DNA from: Haliotis cracherodii
Taxonomy: Eukaryota
Assembly (NCBI RefSeq): GCF_022045235.1
Contig: NW_027266305.1
Location: forward strand, 1-64,000
DNA length: 64,000 bases
Direction: 5' to 3'
In this document: in pieces, positions 51,002 to 63,402 of the stretch
Position numbering within the stretch: position 1 is the stretch's first letter
Layout: every line of letters starts with the position of its first letter
Notes under the pieces: model-generated
Databases searched by the model: none
What the model saw: the letters and a program-made list of their open reading frames with translations, nothing else
Told to the model about the DNA's origin: nothing
Position numbers and translations under genes: made by a program

Positions 51002-51240
51002 TTCGCTGAGTTGCGTCCCTTGGGCATGCCAGAAACCTATGATTGTGGGTTCGTGTCTCGGTTCGCCCCCATTATGTTTCTAGTTTTGTCAGCACCATAC
51101 CCGTGCTCGTGAGTTTTGACTGAAGTGGTAAATGTCTGAGAGCTGCATGACTCCGGGTTTTCCTCCCACATTAAACTGACACGTCGTAACGTAACTGGAA
51201 TACTCTTAAAACCGGCGTTAAACCCAACTCACCTCACTCT
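51002..51240 (+). mobile_element. SINE family C
   Basis: Family consensus. Confidence 0.82.
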
Positions 51241-51895
51241 TATATCCAACTTAGCACATTATTTCCCATAATTTGATTGGACGGCTATTTTTAGCGTCGT
51301 GATCTTCCAATCGTAGCGAGTGGGTCAGGGTTCTCAATCAAATAGAATGGAGATTTAATATACTTGATCACCGAGGACCCTTTAGTCATTATTCTTTTGT
51401 GCATTATACAATAAATCACATAATAGTTATTTCCTCTAAATTTCATAAGTTACTTTCTGACTCAATCAAACATTTAGCAGATATATAGTAGACATATAAA
51501 GAAATACAAACACGATAATCATGACCCACCGATGGACCAGTTGAGGGAGGTGGGGTTGCGGGTGGGGGTTGGGGTTGGGGGTTGGGACGGGGGTGCACCC
51601 CCAGCCCACCAATTCATCAGACTTTCTGTCTGCCTGTGTCCGATATGCAGCCCCAGAATTAGGTGTTCTGTTGAAGTACGTGACTTGTGCGCCACCTCTG
51701 AATCCTAGATCCGCACCTGAAATATTCTAACCTTGGGGACATTCTCTTTGAGACGCTCTCAGCATAAGAGGATAATCACTGGAAATATAATATCATGGGG
51801 CGACTGAGTGAATAACTCTCTCTTAACAACGCATTCGTCACCGTATGAGTTAACAAACTAAAATGGGTACGAGTGAACAGGTTAAGTGACAAAAC

Positions 51896-52075
51896 TGGCG
51901 ACTAAAAGGGATCGAGTGGTCAGGCACGCTGACTTGGATGATGCATGCCATCGTATCCAATTGCGTGGATCGATGCTCATGATGACAATCACTGGATTGT
52001 CTGGTCCAGACTCGATTTTTAACAGACCGCCGTCATAAAGCTGGAAAATGGTTGAGTGCAGCGTTCAACAACAAA
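51896..52075 (+). mobile_element. Retroposon family A (5'-truncated)
   Basis: Family consensus from ggcgactaa to the tail. Confidence 0.8.
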
Positions 52076-52133
52076 GAAAAATGAATAACGGAAATTTTGA
52101 CAAAGTACAAGGATGAGCCTGATATTTATCTTT

Positions 52134-54110
52134 TCTCTGTCGCCCGCCTACTCTCTGTCATCCGCCTACTCTCTATCATCCGTCTACTCTCTGTCATCCG
52201 TCTACTCTCTGTCATCCGTCTACTCTCTGTCATCCGTCTACTCTCTGTCATCCGCCTACTCTCTGTCATCCGTCTACTCTCTGTCATCCGTCTACTCTCT
52301 GTCATCTGCCTACTCTCTGTCATCCGTCTACTCTCTGTCATCCGTCTACTCTCTGTCATCAATCTACTCTCTGTCATCTATCTACACCCTGTCATCCGTC
52401 TACTCTCTGTCATTCGTCTACTCTCTGTCATCCGCCTACTCTCTGTCATCCGTCTACTCCCTGCAATCCGTCTACTCTCTGTCATCCGACTACTCTCTGT
52501 CATCCGCCTACTCTCTGTCATCCGTCTACTCTCTGTCATCCGTCTACTCTCTGTCATCCGTCTACTCCTTGTCATCCGCCTACTCTCTGTCATCCGTCTA
52601 CTCCTTGTCACCCGTCTACTCTCTGTCATCCACCTACTCTCTGTCATCCGTCTACTCCTTGTCATCCGCCTACTCTCTGTCATCTTTCTACTCTCTGTCA
52701 TCCGTCTGCTCTCTGTCATCCGTCTACTCTTTGTCATCCGTCTACTCCTTGTCATCCGTCTACTCTCTGTCATCCGTCTACTCTCTGTCATCCGTCTACT
52801 CTCTGTCATCCATCCGTCTACTCTCTGTCATCCGTCTACTCTCTGTCATCCGTCTACTCTCTGGCATCCGTCTGCTCCTTGTCATCCGTCTACTCCTTGT
52901 CACCCCCTACTCTCTGTCATCCGCCTACTCTCTGTCATCCGTCTACTCTCTATTATCCGTCTACTCTCTATTATCCGTCTACTCCTTGTCATCCGCCTAC
53001 TCTCTGTCATCCGTCTACTCTCTGTCATCCATCCGTCTACTCCTTGTCATCCGCCTACTCTCTGTCATCCGTCTACTCCTTGTCATCCGCCTACCCTCTG
53101 TCATCCGCCTACTCTCTCTCATCCGTCTACTCCTTGTCACCCGTCTACTCTCTGTCACCTGTCTACTCTCTGTCATCCGTCTACTCTCTGTCATCCGTCT
53201 ACTCTCTGTCATCCATCCGTCTACTCTCTGTCATCCGTCTACTCTCTGTCATCCGTCTACTCTCTGTCATCCGTCTACTCCTTGTCATCCGCCTACCCTC
53301 TGTCATCCGTCTACTCCTTGTCATCCGCCTACCCTCTGTCATCCGCCTACTCTCTGTCATCCGCCTACTCCTTGTCATCCGTCTACTCTCTGTCATCCGC
53401 CTACTCTCTGTCATCCGCCTACTCTCTGTCATCCGTCTACTCTCTGTCATCCGTCTACTCCTTGTCATCCGCCTACTCTCTGTCATCCGTCCACTCTCTG
53501 TCATCCGTCTACTCTCTGTCATCCGTCTACTCCTTGTCATCCGCCTACTCTCTGTCATCCGTCTACTCTCTGTCATCTGTCTACTCCTTGTCATCCGCCT
53601 ACTCTCTGTCATCCGTCCACTCTCTGTCATCCGTCTACTCTCTGTCATCCGTCTGCTCCTTGTCATCCGTCTACTCCTTGTCACCCCCTACTCTCTGTCA
53701 TCCGCCTACTCTCTGTCATCCGTCTACTCTCTATTATCCGTCTACTCTCTTTTATCCGTCTACTCCTTGTCATCCGCCTACTCTCTGTCATCCGTCTACT
53801 CTCTGTCATCCATCCGTCTACTCCTTGTCATCCGCCTACTCTCTGTCATCCGTCTACTCCTTGTCATCCGCCTACCCTCTGTCATCCGTCTACTCTCTGT
53901 CATCCGTCTACTCTCTGTCATCCGTGTACTCTCTGTCATCCGTCTACTCCTTGTCATCCGCCTACTCTCTCTCATCCGTCTACTCCTTGTCACCCGTCTA
54001 CTCTCTGTCACCTGTCTACTCTCTGTCATCCGTCTACTCTCCGACATCCGTCTACTCTCTATTATCCGTCTACTCTCTGTCACCTGTTTACTCCCTGTCA
54101 TTCATCTACT
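52134..54110. repeat. 18-bp minisatellite (CTACTCTCTGTCATCCGT), about 110 copies
   Basis: Direct periodicity; source of the spurious 673, 684 and 430-aa ORFs. Confidence 0.97.
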
Positions 54111-55268
54111 GTATGTGATCTGTCTATCACCTGTCATTCTGTTACGAGCAAATATAATGACAACTAAGTAACCATATACCTTTAACACATCCCAGCGTGA
54201 TATATCCTTTTTCCTTCAGCAAGTGAACTTGTGAGTTTTGTGAAAACAACTGTGCTTATAAGACGACGAATCTACTACGTACACAGGACAATGATTGGAA
54301 GCGCATGTACGAAGGCCGGCCATAAGAAACTTCTCGATCGCGATCAAGATAATCTCTACCTGGACTGTCTCCAGTTGAATGTTTGATCACTCGACGTGGA
54401 ATCCAAGAGGTCAGAGGTCACTTTGATAATGTGATAATAGTCTCCCGATGTGTCACCAGATGTTATATGACCGCAGTAAGTTGGTTTTTGTACAATTGCG
54501 ATTCTTAACTAAATATGTCTGAGAAATATATTGTGGAAAATATTTAAAACTGAGAACTACTTGTCAGTTGTTGGGTCGTTTTTTCAATTTAACTTTGAGA
54601 TTGCAGCTAAAATAATTGAGAAGATTTGGAAGTTATAAAGACATTCTAAAGGAAACATTTTATTTTTTTTATATCAGAAAGGTTCAATATATTTTCAAGA
54701 AGAATAGGCGAAGGCGACTGTGCCTTTCTGTACTATTAGACGCGGGTAGAATATAAGGTATCGTTCTTGTGTTCGCACGATAATATGGATTGTCAGTTTG
54801 GCGCGGGATACTTGTATGGGTATTGCAAGACCTATGTCCCTCACCGACACTGCACATATATATGATTGAAGTGGACGTAAAATCCCCAGAGAACTCCTGC
54901 AATTCGCCGTGCTTGCAATATCGCGCTGGTTATTCTACATATTCTGAAATCGAAATATTGTTTGGATTATGCAATTTTTTCATATATTAGTAGTAAAAGC
55001 ATTTTTTGAACAGTCGAACAATGTTGAATATGTACACAGACAATTAAATTGATAGTTCAATACACCAAGAGAGTAGGCACATGATGATAATTTATTCAGA
55101 ATAGATATGTCATGGCCGCCGTCATATAGCTGGAATATTGCCGAGTGCGGCGTTAAACAACAAACAACAACAAAAAAAGATATTTCATGAAATAATACAT
55201 CAGCAGTTTCTTTAAAGTGTTACGGCAATTTGGTTACTTTAAGGTTTTGCTGACAAGCATAACAAGAC

Positions 55269-58178
55269 CATCTTCCCGAGGCAAGAGAGTTAACTGACTT
55301 TACAAGTCCAGTTTCCACCCTTGCCGAACTAGGCTGGAATTCCTGGGCTCGATCGTAGCGCCACCAGCGGCTATTACGAGTTATGTCCATTCTATGGACC
55401 AATCAGATTCCATCTCACAGATTCACATGCATTTGCTTATAACAAAATGGTGGCGCCGTCAAGACGATGTGATCGACCATCAAGATCTATATTGTGATAA
55501 AAAGGTTCTTACTTCCCGAAGTCTAGTGATCACCTTGATTAAAACATGATCAGATTTGGAAAATATCTGTTGACAACGAGTTGGTGGTGCAGATGTGGTA
55601 GCTAGTAGTTCTGTATATATTAATCATTTTTTATTAATTAGCTTTTAATTTACTATGTATGTTGTCAATAATGGTATTTTGTATATTTCAGATATTGCAG
55701 TAATCAAGAATTATTTATTGTATTTCTCATTTCAGGCTGCATACTTAAATAGTTGTAAGTCAAGTATTATCATTAAAGCCCTATTCTAATGTCATGTTTT
55801 ACTTAGTGGGTCAGTCAACTTCTTGATGGTCAATCAGAGTGTAAGCCCAGGCGTCCTCTGGATTGGCTAGTTTTAAATCTCTGTGTCCCCCTTTCAAACC
55901 CCTTTGTTTTCACCCTGCACTTGGCATTACTACTTCACTGTGCACTGGACTGGAAGAAGGGATATACTTATATAAAGGTTAGTAGTTAAAGTTATAATTG
56001 TATTTTATGCCAGTAATAATTATGCAAATCACTTAAGTTTAATAAATGTCTCTATAGATCCTTAATTATATTTAAACATGTCACATTTACTAGTATTAGT
56101 GTGTGCATGGTGAGTGTATGTATACTAGATATATTCATTTCACTATATATGTGTCTGTGTTAATCTAGGACATTTGTGTATTCAGTAACTTGTATTGTGT
56201 ATTAATAATTTGATAATAGTTTACATGTTATGTTCATGTGTGTAGATAAACATACCTTCATGATGTATTTTATATCATGAACAGGTTTTCACGAGGGATT
56301 TGACCACCCGAATACACCCCAGTGGGATTCACCGGATATATATATATTGCTTGCATTGTAACATAATATTATATTTATTGTACCATATTTATATTAAATA
56401 TGTAAATCCATTTAACTTACATATCTAAGCTTATAATTGTGAAATGTTATAAATGATATATCATGTATAGCTTATAAGTGTGGTAGATTATTAATTAATC
56501 TGCTTCGGGTTTGATGTACTAGATATATTTGTATGTTTATTATTGTATTCATTGTTCCAGGGTGTCGGTTTATCACGACAGAAAATAAATTAATCAGACC
56601 TCACACCCTAGCCTGTGTCATTTTGTTATTTGGGATAATACATATTCACATATAATGGCTACAACAATGGAGCCCCCAGGATCTGTTGACGACTGATGCT
56701 GGGTGACAATTCCAGTGATCCAGTGACCATCCCAGTGATCCAGTAATGGACTGCATACCCATGTGAATACGTGGTAATTATGAACTATTTGGGTGCAGAA
56801 TGTTATCAACTTGTACCAAGATTCACGCAATCATGGACTCGTTTTCAAAGCTAGCTATGAAGCAATTGCTTTAGCTCTGTCTCATCAAATGTGCATTTGT
56901 TCTATTGTCAGCAAACAGTCATAATTGTGTTATACTCTCCAGAAGATGCATCTTATATTTCTTTGAAAATTTAAATGGTGTTACCTGTCATACTTTGTTA
57001 CTGATTGTACACTGCAGTATTATTCCTGTGTTGCAACACATTTTTTTCTTTTGTATATTCAACCATGGTGCCATTACTGACTCAGTTAGGTGTGTCAGTT
57101 TGTTGAGTCTTACCCTGAAGGTCACTGTAAACTGTATTTCTTTATTTATTAGTGTTGACTACATGTACCCGGATACACATGCATTAGTGATGCATGGTAT
57201 TTCATTGTGATGTGTATGAGTGGTGTGCTTTGTGTTTACATAATGCTTAGATAAGATTTAAATACTTGCTTAATTAATAAAGTGTGTAGGCATTCATCTT
57301 AGGCATTATGCATTAACCAAACCAAAACAGGTTATCCATAAACCCAGAATGACTCTGTGACTGACTCACTACATATATTTATCAACACCCTGCACTCACG
57401 GCACCTTGCACACATCTATGCACCAAGATGGTATAACAGGTGGTTCTGGTCGTGTCCCACTTATATTGTCATTATTGTCATCAAGCAAGGTTAGTTTGCT
57501 TTCATCTCACTCACTCATTTTATGTGACTGAACCCACCTATCCCATACTTTGGAAGCTACACATGTTCATATTCTTTTCCAGGTGATCAACTCAGATGAC
57601 TTTGCTGCTTCGCTTGGTTATATCAAGTCTGCTTTACTGCCCTTCATTTCGTTTTCAGCTCATAATGCCTTCTTTTTAGCTATAATCATATTCTTGTCTA
57701 TTTGCTTCTTTCATCGTCACATACATACTTAGTCACAAAGGTGACAACAGCGCTGGCGCCATATTGCACTTTAGCTTTTTCGTCTTAGTGACACTTGTTA
57801 ATATAAACTCTTCTTACAACATTTGTCCGCGATTATATCCACTCTGTCCAATATGGAACTCAGTAAGGAGGAGTTGGGTAACATGGTGAAACTGTTTAGA
57901 AAGATGGGGATGACACCTTAAGATGATACTCCAGAGAACTTAAAGGATTGGATACATGGAATGACTCAGCAGGAAGGTATTGCTAAGCAAATCCTGCAAT
58001 CGACCGTACTCTGCATGACAGTTTACGAACCGGATTTCGTTTTCGGGGCTCGATTTTGATTGGACTATGCATCGACTCGTTAGTCCAGCCAAAATGTAAC
58101 TCCATAATACCAGCCTAGTTCGGCAAGGGTGGAAACTGACCTTTTATAGTCAGTTACCTCTCTTGCCTCGGGAAGATG
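55269..58178 (+). mobile_element. CATCTTCC-family MITE carrying a 2.4-kb retrotransposon insert
   Basis: TIRs catcttcccgaggcaagag / ctcttgcctcgggaagatg; 8-bp TSD aacaagac. Confidence 0.9.
55594..57980 (+). mobile_element. Truncated Gypsy-type LTR retrotransposon: 5' LTR (55594-56666), PBS (56668), leader and gag start (57853)
   Basis: LTR ends TGTGGTAGC...GCTACAACA with an internal AATAAA. TGGAGCCC follows 1 nt later. Gag-like MELSKEELGNMVKLFRKMGMTP*DDTPENLKDWI. Confidence 0.72.
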
Positions 58179-58420
58179 AACAAGACTATCTCCTTTGTAG
58201 ACTTCCACAAAGTGATCTTAAGCCGAAGCCCTGTAAAACTGTTTTAGATCAGGAATGTCCTGCCCTTTTGTCTGACCCTCTATCATTACTTATACATGTT
58301 CGAATCTCTGAAATCATGAAAAGCCGAACTTTCGTATAACTGATCCTAATTGCATAACGTTTCTCTCAATATTGTTACCCCCGTTTGTCATTATTTATTG
58401 CACTTCTTTCACATCTCTGA

Positions 58421-58688
58421 AGACACATGAAGATCCGGGGTCTTCAGCAGCCTATGCTTTCCGTAAGAGGCGACTATGCTTGTCGTAAGAGGCGACTATG
58501 CTTGTCGTAAGAGGCGACTAACGGGATCGGGTGGTCAGGCTCGCTGACTTGGCTGATGCATGTCATCATATCCCAATTGCGTAGATCGATGTTCATAATG
58601 TCAATCAATGGATTGTCTGGTCCAGACTCGATTATTTACAGACCGCCGTCATGTAGTGCGGTGTTGAACAACAATCAAACAAACAACA
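58421..58688 (+). mobile_element. Retroposon family A with a triplicated hairpin module
   Basis: Three tandem ATGCTT(G/T)(T/C)CGTAAGAGGCGACT modules. Confidence 0.85.
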
Positions 58689-58793
58689 TCTATCAAATCC
58701 ATGATTCGGAAATTTCGAAGAAACCCATCACAGAACATAAATGTTGCCTCGAATGTACAGCCTTTTCGGATGTAGATATATCATGGCGCTCAA

Positions 58794-58961
58794 GGGGCGG
58801 TCGGGTAGCCTAGTGGTTAAAGCGTTCGCTCGTCACGCCGAAGACCCGGGTTCGATTCCCGACATGGGTACAATGTGTGAAGCCCATTCCTGGTGTCCCC
58901 CGCCGTGATATTGCTGGAATATTGCTAAAAGCGGCGTAAAACCATACTCACTCACTCACTC
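58794..58961 (+). mobile_element. SINE family B, near-consensus young copy
   Basis: Intact CpGs; TSD tcatggcgctca. Confidence 0.93.
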
Positions 58962-59049
58962 ATGGCGCTCATAGAGAACAGTGTGTATCATATATACAGC
59001 ACGGCCTCTATTATTTACTTTTGGGACTTCCCGTTTATGTTCGTAACCG

Positions 59050-59200
59050 CCCGGACGTTAAAAGATGGTACTTGGTGTTACCCTGTCTGGTGCTCGGCAT
59101 TAAGGGGCTAAAACAAGGACAGGTCGGCTCGGAGTCACTGTGTCTGAGTTGGGTATTCATGTTAAACTGCGGCATGATATCTCAGTGGGCTAGCACTTTA
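59050..59200 (+). mobile_element. SINE family D internal fragment
   Basis: aaagatggtacttgg...ggcattaaggggctaaaacaagg. Confidence 0.75.
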
Positions 59201-59530
59201 ACACGTATACAAATACCGAAACTGGTCCAGTATTCATCAGGAGCGTGATTATGAATGCGTATACATTTGCATCTTGGCTCAGATTGTCTTACCTTTGATA
59301 CTGTTTACCAACAGGAAGGTGGGTGTTCCTTACAGCAACTGGGTTCCGCCATATGTTTTAGGTTGGGAGCAGCTGGATAGTATTCCCATACTAATCTATT
59401 TCGGAGACTTATCTCAATCTTAAGACTAGATAAGTCACTATCTTTCCAGCTGGATGTAAGTATGCGTTACATTCAACAGTCCCGCATATGGATTCACCAC
59501 AAATTATGTTTCTGTATAAAGCTGAGTTTG

Positions 59531-59863
59531 ATATGACCTGTATAGGCAATAACTAATGCTATTTTCAGACGATTCTGTTTCTAATTATGTCATGGGTGAA
59601 TATAGTTATGTACAGATACAAATCCGGTGTTAATATGACCTGTGTAAGCAATAACTAATGCTATTTTCAGACGATTCTGTTTCTAATTATGTCATGGTTG
59701 AATATAGTTATGTACAGATACAAATCCGGTGTTAATATGACCTGTGTAAGCAATAACTAATGCTATTTTCAGACGATTCTGTTTCTAATTATGTCATGGG
59801 TGAATACAGTTATGTACAGATACGAATCCGGTGTTAATATGACCTGTGTAAGTAATAACTAAT
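59531..59863. repeat. 102-bp tandem repeat, about 3.3 copies
   Basis: ATATGACC recurs at 59531, 59633, 59735 and 59837. Confidence 0.93.
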
Positions 59864-60916
59864 CTTACTTAATGTGGTCAATGTGGTGGCACGGGACCCG
59901 TGTACAGGGCACAGGTCATGAATCAGGCAACGATGGCGCGGTGAGGAGGTGCATGGGTGACCGTGTATGACAACTAGACTGCAGCCCCACAGTGAAGCAC
60001 GTATAGCACATGTGGCGTTTCCTTGGGGAAATGACTTTGTTCGAAATATGTTTCTGTTCACCCATCACTGATTGGGTAACCGGTGGAATCAGATGGTAAT
60101 GAGACTGTACACCTTCTAGTGCCTCACGGGCAGTTTGGGTTTTATTATCCCCAGGGAGCTGATAATGAAAATAGAGTGCACCCTGATCCGTTGATAATCC
60201 ATAAATTAGCGCTTTGAGCATGCCCCTGTGTGGAAATACAGCATAATATGAATGACATTATTATCGCTGCAGTCAGTACTATTCCGGTCATATAACGGCG
60301 ATTCTGGATCGACTGCAATCCCTGCAATTTTACCCTGCAATCCCTGCAATTTTACCCTGCAATCCCCAGGATATATTTATTGACATCCGACAAATGACGG
60401 AGGAGTCTAAGTGTTTCAGTTGACATGGAAGGAATTGCTTTTTGAAAGCATGTTAGATGTCAGACGCGATTCAGTTAACATTTTACGTGATATATCGGCA
60501 AGATTTCGATAGTTTTAAGATTTAAAGATAATAAAATAGTTATAAACAAACCATATTTAATTAACTACGATGCTACTTATGCCGTTATAAGCGGGTAAAG
60601 CAGCCAGCAACCATAGCTAGAGGACCATACTGGCCCCTGGACCTACACGGCTGGGAGACCACGTGTACACGAAAGGCCATACCAGGACGGTAGAGTGATA
60701 CGAAGTGTGTCCAGTCCGAGGATGACCTCGCAACTGGACTATGAATACAAGCCTCTTTACCTGGAACTGGAATGGCTTGTCATCAGTTGGTCATATTTAG
60801 AGGTGTAAATTAGGGATAATCCTTCCTCGGAGTCACATGGGGCTCCGAGGAAGGAAAGGCCCCTAGTGCCTCCTGCTTGTGTGCATAGAATGCCCGAAGA
60901 GGATCGTGTGATCAGG

Positions 60917-61080
60917 AGCGAGTGGGTATGGTTTTATGCCGCTTTTAGTAATATTCCAACAATATCACGGCGGGGGATACCAGAAATGGGCTTCACACAT
61001 TGTACCCATGTCGGGAATCAAACATGTTTCTGCGGCGTGACGAGCGAACGCTTTAACCACAAGGCCACCCGACCGCCCCC
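60917..61080 (-). mobile_element. SINE family B
   Basis: Reverse complement of the 58794 copy. Confidence 0.88.
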
Positions 61081-61093
61081 ATGGGGTCAGGAT

Positions 61094-61518
61094 GAGTGAC
61101 CTGTTCGAGTGTGTGTTGTCGTACTGAGTGACCTGTTTGAGTGTGTGTTATCGTACTGAGTGACACGTTGGAGTGTGTGTTGTCGTACTGAGTGACCTGT
61201 TTGAGTGTGTGTTATCGTACTGAGTGACATGTTGGAGTGTGTGTTGTCGTACTGAGTGACCTGTTTGAGTGTGTGTTATCGTACTGAGTGACACGTTGGA
61301 GTGTGTGTTGTCGTACTGAGTGACACGTTGGAGTGTGTGTTGTCGTACTGAGTGACATGTTTGAGTGTGTGTTGTCGTACTGAGTGACCTGTTGGAGTGT
61401 GTGTTGTCGTACTGAGTGACCTGTTTGAGTGTGTGTTATCGTACTGAGTGACATGTTGGAGTGTGTGTTGTCGTACTGAGTGACCTGTTGGGGGGGGGGG
61501 GGGGGTGTTGTCGTACTG
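61094..61518. repeat. 32-bp minisatellite (GAGTGACCTGTTTGAGTGTGTGTTATCGTACT), about 13 copies
   Basis: Direct periodicity. Confidence 0.95.
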
Positions 61519-62034
61519 GGTGGATCGATGCTCGTTCTCTCAAGTCGCTATATCGCCGAAATATTGCCTATACGATGTTACATATTAACTCAAGCTTTCA
61601 GTCACTGATTCGCCACCCCCACATTCGTACAATGTGTAAAAGCCCATTTCTAGTGTCCTCCACCGCGATATTGCTGGAATATTGCGGCGTAATATAAAAA
61701 TATAAAAAAGCAGCATAAAACCATTCTCATTTACATTACAAGCATGGGGTACTGCACCTTCTGCTTTAAGCATAGATGTCTTATGAACATGGAAATGGTC
61801 TTGTTACCCTCGTTTTTCTACATTGGAATCACATACATGACGAGACATGTTCCGCAGTTGTTACAAATACAATATACAGTTTGGAAACACACTTATACAG
61901 AGAAGCCGCCCTCTAACAGTTACATCATTGTTGAGAACTATCTTAATCACTCATTCCATATATCTTAAAGTTGTTGAAACTATTTTATAGCCTGTATTTG
62001 TATGACGATTTGTTTTCAGAAACAGCCATAAGCC

Positions 62035-62280
62035 ATGATGATAAGATGCGGCTTACAGCAATTATCCACCAGACTCAGATATGGACACAACCGACTCTTC
62101 TCAGCGAAGACAGCCAGTGTGAGTGTGAACTGTCGGCGAGCCACTGTGGACGACTTCGAGGCTGTGGTGAACATTAATGAGAACGTGCTGCGTGGGCGAG
62201 ACTACGTCCCTTCTACATACCACAGCATGCTGACAGACCCAAACATATCTGCGTTTGTTGGTGAAGTGGAAAACAAAATA
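62035..62280 (+). CDS. First coding exon of a NAT16/histidine N-acetyltransferase-like GNAT protein; the gene continues beyond the window
   Basis: Acceptor tgttttcAG at 62019, gccATG start, GTAAGA donor at 62281. RRATVDDFEAVVNI..NV..GRDYVPSTYHSML.DP resembles the NAT16 family pattern R.AT..DF..V..I...Y.G.DYLP..YH.WL.DP. Confidence 0.75.
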
Positions 62281-62599
62281 GTAAGACTGGAGTGTTAAGA
62301 TTTTAATGAAAACAGTTCATGTACTAGTATATTGCCATGCCTGTCCTTTGCCCCTGACATTACATAGGGTTCCACTGACTTACAGTAACGCCAGTCTGCA
62401 GGGTATATCCAGAGGCAGGAGCGGATCCAGGATGAGGAAGGGGGAGGACCGCACAGCTTTCTGGAGAAGGGGGATGCACTTAAGATACATGCATTCTTGC
62501 ACCAAATTCGGAAAAATGCGTTTATTAGCCAAAAATGAGTCCATAAATTGTTACTTTTGTTGTTATGATTCAGTTATTTGTTTTCTTTATGCTTCAACA

Positions 62600-63015
62600 T
62601 GTCTGTTAAGTATGCATTAACCAAACAATCCTCCTTGTTACTGGATCCCAAAGCTCCATAAAAACCGTCCAGCAAATGTACCACCAAATCAAAGACTAAC
62701 CATAATCCTTGATACAATCTAGGAAAGACTTTCTTTATATTCACAGAAAGTATTTGAGACAAGTGGATTATAACCATTTGGATTCTTAAAAACTCAATCT
62801 CAGAAAAGAACCATTCTGTCAAAAAATGTGATTTTTCAACTTTGAACACCACTGTCCCAAATGACAATCTTCATTCCTTGATCCATGTGTTTTTGTTACA
62901 AAACGTGGTGAACACAGATACAGTTTCGTATCTATATTCAGAGGTTCAGGACAATTTGTTAAAAATGAAAGCAAATGCCGTCGGAAAAAAACAATATCTG
63001 AAATCAAGTCTTTGA
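62600..63015 (+). pseudogene. Degenerate Penelope-like reverse transcriptase fragment
   Basis: Frameshifted motifs YWIPKLHKN, SSKCTTK, WILKNS, DFSTLNTTVP and RY..FVKN in the expected order. Confidence 0.75.
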
Positions 63016-63082
63016 AAGGCATTTAGAAGTGATACACATAGGGAGGGGAGTTTATAGATGTCAACTTCTTTATTTTGAGGAA

Positions 63083-63122
63083 CACAACGTTTCGGAGTAT
63101 ATGCTTACTCCTTCATCAGGTG
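63083..63122 (-). ncRNA. Minimal type I hammerhead ribozyme in a PLE 3' end
   Basis: The minus strand reads CAC-CUGAUGA-A-GGAGUA-agcaua-UACUCC-GAAAC-GUU-GUG: helix I CAC/GUG, 6-bp helix II, and a loopless palindromic (AACGUU) helix III. Confidence 0.8.
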
Positions 63123-63402
63123 ATTGAATGATGTGTATATATATACAGAGAGAGAGATATTTGGAGATTTTACGAGCGCTTCAGCCTCTGGCTATTTCGC
63201 ACTCGGTATATATATACACGTAACAACAAAAGTAACAAGATAACAAAAGCTGGAAACTTAACAAGGGAAGACAACAGATAATTAACGCTGATAGGTAATT
63301 AGCAAAAGACAATAGAAGCCAACACTCTACAGTAATTAGCGCTAATAGTTATGGACAACTGGAAGCCAGGATTAAATTATCACTGATTGGTAATTGACAA
63401 TG

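Noticed and set aside
52097-54171. 673, 684 and 430-aa ORFs
   Set aside because: All three frames are open across an 18-bp satellite, so these are artefacts.
58794-58870. tRNA-Asp gene
   Set aside because: The tRNA-like head continues into a SINE body with tail and TSD, and occurs in many copies.
60811-60870. HDV-like ribozyme
   Set aside because: No P1 5' strand and no catalytic C-containing J4/2 could be assigned.
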